64,000 nucleotides of DNA from a bacterium (GTDB lineage Bacteria > Fidelibacterota > Fidelibacteria > Fidelibacterales > Fidelibacteraceae), in NCBI GenBank assembly GCA_963676395.1, contig OY781066.1, positions 1,280,001 to 1,344,000 on the forward strand, read 5' to 3'. A model generated the notes under the pieces. The model was not told the DNA's origin and ran no database searches. It saw nothing but the letters and a program-made list of their open reading frames with translations. Shown piece after piece: positions 1-9,060 of this stretch. Made by a program: the position numbers and the translations under genes. Each line of letters opens with the position of its first letter. The stretch's first letter is position 1.

Positions 1-1
1 T

Positions 2-1036
2 ATAAAGCGTATTGGCAATACTTGTTACATCCCTATGTCCGGTGGCTTAGATAGCCGCTTATTGGCTTCCAGTATGGATCGAAATAAAATTCAAGTAGAG
101 GCCATGACATTTGGTGCCGGGGCGTCATACGGAGAAATTGAAGCTGCAAACAACGTGATGTCGAAGCTGCATTATAAGGGGGAACACTATAAACAATTTC
201 TTGATCAAGATAAATTAGAAGAGTTAGCTGCTTCCGATGATTATCCCGATAGATTAACTTGCGGGTATTTTGGTCAGATGTATTTGAATTTTTACACAAA
301 GATTCGGGAACGTTGTTCAGTAATTATGCCTGGTTATAGTGGTGATTTTACCGGAGGAAGTTTAATTAGAAGCAGGATGCTGTCCTGGAAAAGTAATAAT
401 GATGCAATTGATTATATTTTATCTCAAAGATCAGCCCCCATGGTTAAGGTGATGTATGGAGATGAAAAATACAGATCATATATTGAGGAGGCCATTGAAT
501 CAAGTTTTCCTAATGAGGATGATGTTATTTCAAATTATGTTCGCTGGTTTTTGGAAAACGATATTAGAAGATATTTAATCCGTTCGGTGATCATGAATCA
601 TAAAGATGGCGGATATGTGGTCTTGCCGTTTTTTGATTATGAGCTAATAGATTTTTTTCTGGAATTGCCTGTGAAATTATTGGTTAATAAACGGCTTTAT
701 GTAAATACTCAAATCAAGTATCTTTACAAAGATTATCCGGGTTTGTTAAAAGTTCATAGAGCAAAACCCAAAGAGCCTATAAAAAAGATCAGAGGTGTAA
801 AGTTCTACGAGTATTCGACTAAAGCGAAAAATATGATCAAGAAGTATTTTTCAAAACCCGAGATGACTACCCAATGGGATAATGATATTGACTGGTATAA
901 AATATATGGTAATATGGAACTGCCCGCCTGGATGGATAAAGCCTTGATCTTTCATCCTAAACTTCAAGAAAAGCCCACATATATAAAATATTTTGATGCA
1001 GTAGCCTTTGTATATAAGGAGCTGATGAATGCTTAG
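2..1036 (+). CDS. Asparagine synthase (AsnB)-like amidotransferase, C-terminal synthetase domain; 5'-partial
   Basis: Frame is open from base 2 (IKRIGNTCYIPMSGGLDSR); SGGLDS PP-loop, G-x-SGD motif and PFFDYELIDF segment typical of the Asn synthase C-domain; polysaccharide-locus context. Confidence 0.75.
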   Translation: MKRIGNTCYIPMSGGLDSRLLASSMDRNKIQVEAMTFGAGASYGEIEAANNVMSKLHYKGEHYKQFLDQDKLEELAASDDYPDRLTCGYFGQMYLNFYTKIRERCSVIMPGYSGDFTGGSLIRSRMLSWKSNNDAIDYILSQRSAPMVKVMYGDEKYRSYIEEAIESSFPNEDDVISNYVRWFLENDIRRYLIRSVIMNHKDGGYVVLPFFDYELIDFFLELPVKLLVNKRLYVNTQIKYLYKDYPGLLKVHRAKPKEPIKKIRGVKFYEYSTKAKNMIKKYFSKPEMTTQWDNDIDWYKIYGNMELPAWMDKALIFHPKLQEKPTYIKYFDAVAFVYKELMNA

Positions 1037-2153
1037 ATTTGCGATCTTGGGAGATTTTGTTCAAACTCCTGAATTTAAAATAGACCCTCAATTGCTTAAA
1101 ATCTTGCAATCAACCGATTTTAATATCGCAAATTTAGAAGCTCCCTTTATTTCCGATAACGATAAACCGGCTAATGGACAATCCGGGTTGTATCAAAAAG
1201 TAAGTGATTGTCAATTATTACACGATTTGAATGTCCAATGTGTAAGTTTGGCTAATAATCATATATGTGATTTTGGCCTAGATGGTCTTTTACGTACACA
1301 AAAGATACTTGATGATAATGGTATTAAATATTTTGGTGCGGGGAAAAGTTCAAAAGAAGCAAGCGCTGCGGCAGTATTGGAAAAGAAGGGGGTCAGCATT
1401 TCGTGTCGTGGTTTTATGAGTCGGTATTTAACCCGCTTTCATGCTGAAGAAAGTTTTGGCTCTGTGGACACTGACCTTGAAACTATGTTAAAATCTCTTT
1501 GCAATGATACAGCAGATATAAAGATCGTTTATAATCATTGGAATCAGGAATTTGAGGATTATCCTGAGCCGATCTATAAAGAAAATGCCGAGGATCTATG
1601 TACACGAGCAGATGTTGTTGCCGGTAGTCATTCTCATTGTATGCAAGGTGTTCAATCCGTAAATGGAAGGCCTGTATTTCATAGTCTGGGTAATTTTTCA
1701 TTACCGAATATTTCATATTATCAGTGTGAGGTATCACCGTATCGTCCAAAATCATATTGGTCTTTTTTTCCGCTTTTTACCTTTGATGGGAAGAGGCTAC
1801 ATTATGAGATCATACCATTTAGTATAAGTGCTAATGGTGCGGAACTGTCCATAGCGGATGAAGATACACAAAAGAAAATCGTTGAAAAAATTCATAAAAT
1901 ATCTTTGCCTTTATCATTCGACAAAAAAAACTATCTAAAATTTTACCGGAAACATAGAGAACGAAAGATGCGTAAACCACTGACGCGTGATCACAAAAAG
2001 AATTTACATCTCTTAAAAAGCTATCGCATGCGTTATAAGGTATTTCATGGATTAGAAAAAGGGTTGGCAAACACCTTAGATCACCTTGGCTTGCGCAAAA
2101 CGGTTAAGCGTTTATTTAAACCACTTGTAGAACACGTACAAAAGAGAAAGTAA
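1029..2153 (+). CDS. CapA family (poly-gamma-glutamate synthesis-like) metallophosphoesterase
   Basis: Motifs GD, ANLEAP, SLANNHICDFG, HWNQE, GSHSH, SLGNF. Confidence 0.85.
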   Translation: MLRFAILGDFVQTPEFKIDPQLLKILQSTDFNIANLEAPFISDNDKPANGQSGLYQKVSDCQLLHDLNVQCVSLANNHICDFGLDGLLRTQKILDDNGIKYFGAGKSSKEASAAAVLEKKGVSISCRGFMSRYLTRFHAEESFGSVDTDLETMLKSLCNDTADIKIVYNHWNQEFEDYPEPIYKENAEDLCTRADVVAGSHSHCMQGVQSVNGRPVFHSLGNFSLPNISYYQCEVSPYRPKSYWSFFPLFTFDGKRLHYEIIPFSISANGAELSIADEDTQKKIVEKIHKISLPLSFDKKNYLKFYRKHRERKMRKPLTRDHKKNLHLLKSYRMRYKVFHGLEKGLANTLDHLGLRKTVKRLFKPLVEHVQKRK

Positions 2154-3655
2154 TGCTGGATCAAGTAAAAAAAACAGTAAAACATTCAATTATATACAGT
2201 ATAGGGAATGCCGCAAATAAATTGGTCGGTTTTGTTTTGCTTCCGCTTTATACCTCAACTTTTTCCGTGGCAGTTTATGGTATTATCGCACTTTTTGATA
2301 CTATCTCAGATTTTCTACTTACATTTTCATCCTTTGGGATCGTTGAGGCACTTAAGCGGTGGTATTGGGACAAGGATGCCGAAACAAAACAGAAATCCAT
2401 GTTCTTTACGGTCATGTTGTTTTCTATTATCTCGGTAATAATATTTCTGGCAATTTGTTATTTGCTTCTTGCCAAATATTCAGTACAAATATTTGATGTT
2501 GAGATCACGCGACGCACGATATGGCTGTTTCTTGGCTCTGTGTTAACGAATGTGTTGCTACAACGTATGTTGATTCTTTTGCGAATACAGCAAAAAGCGC
2601 TTCAAAATATGGTCTTTAGCATTGTGAAGTTAGCGTTTGTTTTAAGTTCAACCATCTATTTTATCACTGTTTTAAACTGGGGAATGGATTCGGTATTTAT
2701 TTCTCGTTTGATAGGCCAAACCATTACACTACTTGTTTTGCTCCCATTGTTTGTGAAGAATTGTCAGGTAAAGATTGAGTTTAAATTACTTAAGGATATG
2801 CTATCGTACTCATGGCCCCTGGCTTTATCTACATCGTTGGGATTGATTTTAACCCTCAGTGATAAATGGTTGCTTAAGGGGATGGGGTCATTGGATATCG
2901 TCGGTAATTATTCTTTAGCCTTTAAAATATCCAACATTATTAAGTTGTTGGTTGTTCAATCATTTGCACAGGCCTATGTTTATATATATTTCAGGCAAAT
3001 GAATAACGAAAAGAACTATCGCTTTTTTTCAAAATCATTGACTTATTTTTCGTTTTTACTTGTTTTTCTTGGTTTGGCAATTGTATTGTTTTCAAAAGAG
3101 ATCATTGTGTTGTTGGCACAAAACTCCGATTACTATGACTCGTTTAAAATTTTACCATTCTTGATTTTATCTGTATCGTTTGCGGGATTACGGCAAATGT
3201 TGGTATTACCTTTGAATAAATACAAGAAAACAAAGATCATATCTGTTGTTACGGTTGGTGCCGGAATTTTAAATATTGGATTAAATATTTTGTTTATTCC
3301 CTTGCTTGGAGGTGTTGGCGCGGCAATATCAACCGCTTTTGCACAATTGCTTGTTGTGTTAGCATACTTTATTATGAATCGAAGATTTTCAGATTATAAT
3401 TATGAGTTGCTAAAGATTCTTGTTCTATTTTCTCTGGGAAGTGCATTGGCTTTTGCAGGTATGCAGTTACAGAGTATGGAATTAGCATGGAGAATTGTTA
3501 TTAAGCTGATAATGTTATTGTTGTTTCCTGTTATTTTGCGTTTTTTGGGCTTTTACGAAGAGTTAGAATTAATACGTATGAAGCAAAGTTGGCAAAAATG
3601 GCGGAATCCTACTCGCTGGAAAGAAAACTTTAAAGATATTAATTTGAAGAGGTAA
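2153..3655 (+). CDS. Wzx-type oligosaccharide flippase (MOP family)
   Basis: 500 aa, roughly 13-14 hydrophobic segments, N-terminal KHSIIYSIGN..KLVGFVLLPLYT pattern, SDKWLL and GNYSLA motifs. Confidence 0.85.
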   Translation: MLDQVKKTVKHSIIYSIGNAANKLVGFVLLPLYTSTFSVAVYGIIALFDTISDFLLTFSSFGIVEALKRWYWDKDAETKQKSMFFTVMLFSIISVIIFLAICYLLLAKYSVQIFDVEITRRTIWLFLGSVLTNVLLQRMLILLRIQQKALQNMVFSIVKLAFVLSSTIYFITVLNWGMDSVFISRLIGQTITLLVLLPLFVKNCQVKIEFKLLKDMLSYSWPLALSTSLGLILTLSDKWLLKGMGSLDIVGNYSLAFKISNIIKLLVVQSFAQAYVYIYFRQMNNEKNYRFFSKSLTYFSFLLVFLGLAIVLFSKEIIVLLAQNSDYYDSFKILPFLILSVSFAGLRQMLVLPLNKYKKTKIISVVTVGAGILNIGLNILFIPLLGGVGAAISTAFAQLLVVLAYFIMNRRFSDYNYELLKILVLFSLGSALAFAGMQLQSMELAWRIVIKLIMLLLFPVILRFLGFYEELELIRMKQSWQKWRNPTRWKENFKDINLKR

Positions 3656-3657
3656 GC

Positions 3658-4845
3658 GTGAAGATTTTAATGGTTCTGGAAAGACAATTTCCTTTTGATG
3701 AGCGAGTAGAAAAAGAAGCGACCTCTTTAATTGAAAAAGGATATGATGTTGAGATATTAAGCTTTAACTATGACGGACTTCCAAAGAATGAGGTTGTCTC
3801 GGGCATTAATGTTTTTCGTTTTAAAATTTCACGCAAAGCCTATAACAAACTCAGTCCAACACACAGAGTGCTCCCATTTTACTATTGGAAGTGGAAAAAA
3901 GCATTAAAAGCTCATATGAAAGATCGTCAGGTGGATGTTATTCATATACATGATTTGCCTCTGGCAAATTTAGGTAGTTGGGCAAAACGGAAATGGGGTC
4001 TGAAGCTGGTTTTGGATCAGCACGAGCTGTGGAGTGAAACGGTAAAGCATTATAGACACTACAATACTATTGTTGGCAAGTTCGTACGCGCTTTCAGTTG
4101 CTGGACTAGGTATGAAAAGAAACAATTTAAGCATGCTGATAAGATCATAACCGTTGAAGAGCCTATAAAACAGTGGTATCTTGACCACACATCATCTCTC
4201 GGTAAAGATATTATTGTTGTACCCAATACACCCCTAAAAAAACAGATAGACGATATTGTATTTAAAGAGCGAGAAGATAAGGATTCCTTTGTGTTGTATT
4301 ATGCCGGTAAGATCGATCACAATCGCTATATAGATACGGTTGTCAAAGCGCTTCCCGAACTTTCTAAAAGGATACCGGAAATAAAATTTAACATTGCCGG
4401 GAATATTGCAAAAGCATGCGACCCAAGGATTTGGGCAAAAGAAAATAATGTTGAAGAATACGTGAATTATCTTGGGCAGCTTTCATATAAAGATATGATG
4501 CAACAGATGCATGATGCTGACATTTGTGTTTCGCTGTTACCATCATATAGTGAAGAGTTAAATCGTACAATCGTAACAAAAATTTATCAATATGTTCAAT
4601 TGAAAAAACCTATGTTGGTTAGCAGAACAGATTATATCCGTGAATTTGTGCGTAAGCATGAAATTGGTTCTGTTGTAAATGAAACTGATCCTGAAAGTAT
4701 TATTAATGAAGTATATGCATTGTATGACAACAAAGATAAAATGAAAAAATATTCAGATAATTGTGAAAAAATAAAGAATGAACTGGTGTGGGAAAAAACA
4801 GTTAACTCCTTAATAAAGATGTATCAAGAAATGGGAATATCATGA
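3658..4845 (+). CDS. Glycosyltransferase family 4
   Basis: MKILMV N-terminus, DERVEKEA, HIHDLP, DQHE, TKIYQY GT-B motifs; GTG start. Confidence 0.85.
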   Translation: MKILMVLERQFPFDERVEKEATSLIEKGYDVEILSFNYDGLPKNEVVSGINVFRFKISRKAYNKLSPTHRVLPFYYWKWKKALKAHMKDRQVDVIHIHDLPLANLGSWAKRKWGLKLVLDQHELWSETVKHYRHYNTIVGKFVRAFSCWTRYEKKQFKHADKIITVEEPIKQWYLDHTSSLGKDIIVVPNTPLKKQIDDIVFKEREDKDSFVLYYAGKIDHNRYIDTVVKALPELSKRIPEIKFNIAGNIAKACDPRIWAKENNVEEYVNYLGQLSYKDMMQQMHDADICVSLLPSYSEELNRTIVTKIYQYVQLKKPMLVSRTDYIREFVRKHEIGSVVNETDPESIINEVYALYDNKDKMKKYSDNCEKIKNELVWEKTVNSLIKMYQEMGIS

Positions 4846-6110
4846 AGAAAGTATTGATCGTCACATATTATTGGCCTCCTGCAGGTGGTCCGGGAGTGCA
4901 AAGAGTGCTGAATATGGTTAAGCATTTACCGGAATATGGTTGGCAACCCATGGTATTAACTGTGGAAAAACCATCGGCACCGGCGATTGACCCTAGCTTG
5001 TTAAATTATATTCCCAAAGAATGCAAAGTTTATAAGACCAGGACATCGGAACCCTTTGAAGCTTATAAGAAATTAACCGGTAAAAAATCGGGAGAAGCTC
5101 TTCCCAAGAATATTACTTTGGATACACATTTATCTTTTAGCGAAAAATTGTCACGCTGGATTAGAGCAAATTTATTTATTCCCGATGCTCGCAAAGGATG
5201 GAAACGATTTTTGGTCAGAGAGGGTATGAAGATCATTAAAAGTGAAAAGCCTGACTTAATTCTTTCTACTTCTCCGCCACATTCCGTTCAAGTTGCTGCA
5301 ATGAAGCTTGCAAAAAAAAGTGAATTACCCTGGGTGGTGGATCTGAGGGATCCTTGGACAGAAGCGTATTGGGAAAGCGCAATGCCTAAAACTCAAAGCA
5401 GTGAAAATAAAAACAAAAGATTTGAACGTGACGTTCTGAATACAGCAGATCAGGTTACAACGGTAGGCGAGGGAGTCGCTAAATTACTTAGAGGTAAAAC
5501 CACAAAGCCGGTCTCAGTCATTTACAATGGATACCGTAAGGTTGATAATGGCATGATAAAAAGTGACTATTTTGAAATTCTTCATTTGGGGAATTTAAGT
5601 ACGATGCAAAGCATTGAAGAGTTGCTTCTGGCTATAGAAATGCTTGATAAAGAAATTCAAAAAAACATAAAGCTGCGCTTTATAGGCTCTTTGGCGTCCG
5701 AACATAAAGAACGTATTGATCATATGGAATTTGTTCTAAAGGAGTATCTTCCTTTTATGCCATATGAAAACATGATAAAAGAGGCCAAATCGGCATCCCT
5801 GTTGTTTTTACCTCGTTTGAACAGCACTTACTCTAAAAGTTTGATCTCGGCTAAGATTTTTGATTATCTTGCTCTAGGTCGACCAATTTTTGCCATAGCA
5901 GATAAAGATAGTGACGTTTCAGGTATCTTAAAGCATAGCGAAAGCGGCTTGGCATTTGAATCATATGAGATAAATAAAATGGTAAATTATTTAAAAAACT
6001 GCTACGATCACCTGAAAGATTATTCTATAAACACTACAAAGTTAAAGACTTACTCACTCGAAGAAAATATTTCTTCTTTATCAGATATATTCAATCGCTT
6101 GATAAGCTAA
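4842..6110 (+). CDS. Glycosyltransferase family 4
   Basis: KKVLIVTYYWPPAGGPGVQR, STSPPHS, DLRDPW, KIFDYLALGRPI motifs. Confidence 0.88.
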   Translation: MKKVLIVTYYWPPAGGPGVQRVLNMVKHLPEYGWQPMVLTVEKPSAPAIDPSLLNYIPKECKVYKTRTSEPFEAYKKLTGKKSGEALPKNITLDTHLSFSEKLSRWIRANLFIPDARKGWKRFLVREGMKIIKSEKPDLILSTSPPHSVQVAAMKLAKKSELPWVVDLRDPWTEAYWESAMPKTQSSENKNKRFERDVLNTADQVTTVGEGVAKLLRGKTTKPVSVIYNGYRKVDNGMIKSDYFEILHLGNLSTMQSIEELLLAIEMLDKEIQKNIKLRFIGSLASEHKERIDHMEFVLKEYLPFMPYENMIKEAKSASLLFLPRLNSTYSKSLISAKIFDYLALGRPIFAIADKDSDVSGILKHSESGLAFESYEINKMVNYLKNCYDHLKDYSINTTKLKTYSLEENISSLSDIFNRLIS

Positions 6111-6215
6111 TGAATGATTGTTAGAGTTATATTCTTTAGCGTGACAGTTTATATGTTTCATGTAATCGGGTATATTGCCTTTGAGTACTTTGCCAAATTT
6201 TTTTCTAATTAAGTA

Positions 6216-6244
6216 TTGGCTTTGTTTGATAAATATTTTACATT
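6216..6244 (+). promoter_or_regulatory. Putative sigma70 promoter for the lrp-headed operon
   Basis: TTGGCT (6216-6221), 17-nt spacer, TACATT (6239-6244); the region is AT-rich so a chance match is possible. Confidence 0.35.
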
Positions 6245-6450
6245 TACGTTGGAATTTTAAGAAGAATTATAGGTTATAACTATATGTGGTGGAAATTAAC
6301 ACGAGTAGTTACAATATGTAGCGTTTATTTCGCGAATTCTCAATTTGAATACAGTTGGGAGATTGAGAATTATAGTTAAATATTCTATGCTTTTTTCTTG
6401 AAGACATGAATATTATCATGTATTTTCATCTTTAATTGGAGAATTGTAAT

Positions 6451-6900
6451 ATGTTAGACCAGAAAGATAAGATTATTTTAAAAATACTGCAGGAGAACGC
6501 AAGGACGTCGAATGCAGAAATTGCCAGACATATGGGCATGACGGCATCTGCAATTTATGAAAGAGTAAAAAAGCTTGAGAAAGCCGGTATCGTAAAAAAC
6601 TATGAAGCTCGCTTAGAGCCTTCGGTTCTTGGTCTAAATTTATTATCTATAGTTTTGATCTCTTTGTATGATCTTACAAAGATGCGAGATACCGGAAAAG
6701 TTCTTGCCGGTTTTGATAAAATACAAGAGATTCATTACATTGCGGGCAAAGGCTCGATTATGGCGAAAGTCAGGACTTCGGGAACCGAGGACCTTGAAAA
6801 ATTATTGGATAGCATTAATTTGATAGATAATGTAAAAAACACAGAGTCTACCATCGTATTAAAATCAGAAAAAGAAACATCTAGTTTATACGTAGAATAA
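6451..6900 (+). CDS. Lrp/AsnC family transcriptional regulator
   Basis: LDQKDKIILKILQENARTSNAEIARHMGMTASAIYERVKKLEKAG HTH plus RAM domain; ATG 6451 has GGAG SD at 6438-6441 (ORF track starts at TTG 6436). Confidence 0.93.
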   Translation: MLDQKDKIILKILQENARTSNAEIARHMGMTASAIYERVKKLEKAGIVKNYEARLEPSVLGLNLLSIVLISLYDLTKMRDTGKVLAGFDKIQEIHYIAGKGSIMAKVRTSGTEDLEKLLDSINLIDNVKNTESTIVLKSEKETSSLYVE

Positions 6901-6917
6901 AACAATTGGAGGTTGTT

Positions 6918-8996
6918 ATGAAACGTATTGTTATTGCAACATTAGTGGCGATGTTGTTGGTCAGCACAGTATTTGCTGTGCAAATGGCTACACTACCCAT
7001 TAATCACAAAGATCGCGTAGAACGCGTAGTTAAAGAAACAGGTCGTGAGATATATAATTACTCAATGTCCAAGGCAACTGCAAAATCCGTGTCAGCCTAT
7101 GATCCGGCTTTTTCGGCTGTGTTAATCGACTCCAGTAAAAATGGTTTTGGTTTAGTTTCAGGTGTTACAAATCCTATCTCTCATAAAGATGCTAAATTTG
7201 TTATGGCTTATCGTCAATGGATAGGTATTGAAAATTCATCAGGTGCAGTAGGTATGGCCTATAGTGTTGATGGTGGTACGGTATGGACAAATCAAAGTAG
7301 TTTGAATGCTGTATCTCCCGGCGAGTTGACAGCTCGTTATCCTTCTGCTATTGGTGCAGGTAATTATCCGTTTATTACTTGGAACGAATATACCGGCGCC
7401 AATTCAGGCGTTGAAAACGATGCAGATCCTCTGTTCGTTGTAGATATGCTTGGTTTTGGTGGTGGTTATCTTTCAACCCCACAGCTTGTTGGAAATTCAT
7501 CTAATCCGGAAGGTATGTGGATGGGGTGTCCCGACTATAGTGAAGAACCAAATGGTACAGGTCACATCAATATTACTTATACAACGTGGCGTGAATTTAA
7601 TCCGGACGATGTAAGCTCACATAATATGTATCTATATCGTTCAACCGGTATTTCATCCGGTACGGTTTCATTTGCTTCATCTGAAAAAATTCTTGATGCA
7701 CTTACATATTATGAAGCCGGCTCTGCTGATGGTTCAACTACATCAGATGCTTTGATCTCAATCGCAGATAATGGCATTGGTTATGTTGCCAATGTTGCTT
7801 ATTGGGGAGCAAATCATAAAGATCTTGTAGAAGACAATGATTATCATACGTTCAAATTCCGTAAAACAACTGATTACGGCTCTACATGGTCAACAACATC
7901 ATTTGATACAGATGTTCCATATTACTATATAGAAGACAAACATTTTGATGACAATATCTTTGATACCTATATTCCTTCACAACAGTTTGAAGTAGCTTAT
8001 GGTACTGATACGGTTGTTGTTGATGAGTTAAAAGGTACTGAAGATGCGGTGCTTGATACATTAAATTATCCCGGACTTTTTATTGGTTATGATAATGATA
8101 TGGTTGTAGACGCCAATGGTGGTGTTCACTTTATGTGTCTTGTTATCCCCGAGGCTGAAGAAGCCGGTAAGATCATGCCTACAGTTCATGAAGGATGTGG
8201 ATTTTATCATATCTATTGTTCAGATCCTGCTTCATCTACAGCAGAATATGAAGTATCCTTTGTAACTTCAATGCAGAATACATGGCGTTTTTCTTATGGT
8301 AAGAGCGATAAAGCATGGCAAAGTTTCTTCCCTGTAATGGCAACATCTACCGAAGATCCAAACACCATCTACGCAGTATATCCTAAAGGAGATATCTTTA
8401 AAGAAGAAGATCCTGAATCACCTGGAGATACACTTCTTTATAGGAGAAGCTATGATATTTATATGCGTCGCTCAATAGATGCCGGTGCTACTTGGCAGGA
8501 AGAGATCAATGTAACCAACACTCCCGATTATGATGAACTGTGTGCTCATGCTGATCCTGACGCAACCGATGATAATGTTTATATTATTTATCAGGTTCCG
8601 GATTATAATATTCATACTGTTGATAATGATACCACAGATGCGGTTCCTGAAGACTATATGAACCGGATTTATTTCATGAATGTTAATTATTCGTCAGAGG
8701 TGCCAAGAGAAGATGCTGTTGTTGATGTACCTGCTAGCTTTGATCTAGCACAGAACTATCCCAACCCATTCAACCCTGTGACAACAATTGCATTTGATAT
8801 TCATGAAGCAGGTGAATATTCACTGGATGTATTTAATACACTGGGTCAAAAAGTTAAAACTTTAATTTCCGATTACAGGAATGTTGGTCGTTATGAAGTT
8901 GAGTTTGATGCTTCTGATCTATCGTCCGGTATATATTTCTATTCACTAACAAGTGATAATGTTACACTTACTCATAAAGCTGTTTTATTAAAATAA
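6918..8996 (+). CDS. Secreted T9SS type A CTD protein with Asp-box (BNR) beta-propeller-like domain
   Basis: Signal peptide; Asp-boxes SVDGGTVW, TTDYGSTW, SIDAGATW; CTD LAQNYPNPFNP...LSSGIYFY...KAVLLK; GGAGG SD at 6908-6912. Confidence 0.85.
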   Translation: MKRIVIATLVAMLLVSTVFAVQMATLPINHKDRVERVVKETGREIYNYSMSKATAKSVSAYDPAFSAVLIDSSKNGFGLVSGVTNPISHKDAKFVMAYRQWIGIENSSGAVGMAYSVDGGTVWTNQSSLNAVSPGELTARYPSAIGAGNYPFITWNEYTGANSGVENDADPLFVVDMLGFGGGYLSTPQLVGNSSNPEGMWMGCPDYSEEPNGTGHINITYTTWREFNPDDVSSHNMYLYRSTGISSGTVSFASSEKILDALTYYEAGSADGSTTSDALISIADNGIGYVANVAYWGANHKDLVEDNDYHTFKFRKTTDYGSTWSTTSFDTDVPYYYIEDKHFDDNIFDTYIPSQQFEVAYGTDTVVVDELKGTEDAVLDTLNYPGLFIGYDNDMVVDANGGVHFMCLVIPEAEEAGKIMPTVHEGCGFYHIYCSDPASSTAEYEVSFVTSMQNTWRFSYGKSDKAWQSFFPVMATSTEDPNTIYAVYPKGDIFKEEDPESPGDTLLYRRSYDIYMRRSIDAGATWQEEINVTNTPDYDELCAHADPDATDDNVYIIYQVPDYNIHTVDNDTTDAVPEDYMNRIYFMNVNYSSEVPREDAVVDVPASFDLAQNYPNPFNPVTTIAFDIHEAGEYSLDVFNTLGQKVKTLISDYRNVGRYEVEFDASDLSSGIYFYSLTSDNVTLTHKAVLLK

Positions 8997-9012
8997 AAAA
9001 TAAGTCAAATAT

Positions 9013-9044
9013 ACAGGCTGCCTCCTTTTATAGGAGGCACCTGT
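9013..9044 (+). other. Intergenic stem-loop without U-tract
   Basis: ACAGG(C)TGCCTCCT-TTTAT-AGGAGGCA-CCTGT. Confidence 0.6.
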
Positions 9045-9060
9045 TACCTAAGGGGATTGT

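Noticed and set aside
1029..2153. Poly-gamma-glutamate capsule operon
   Set aside because: Only a CapA-like gene is present; no capB/capC in the window, and the context is Wzx/glycosyltransferase
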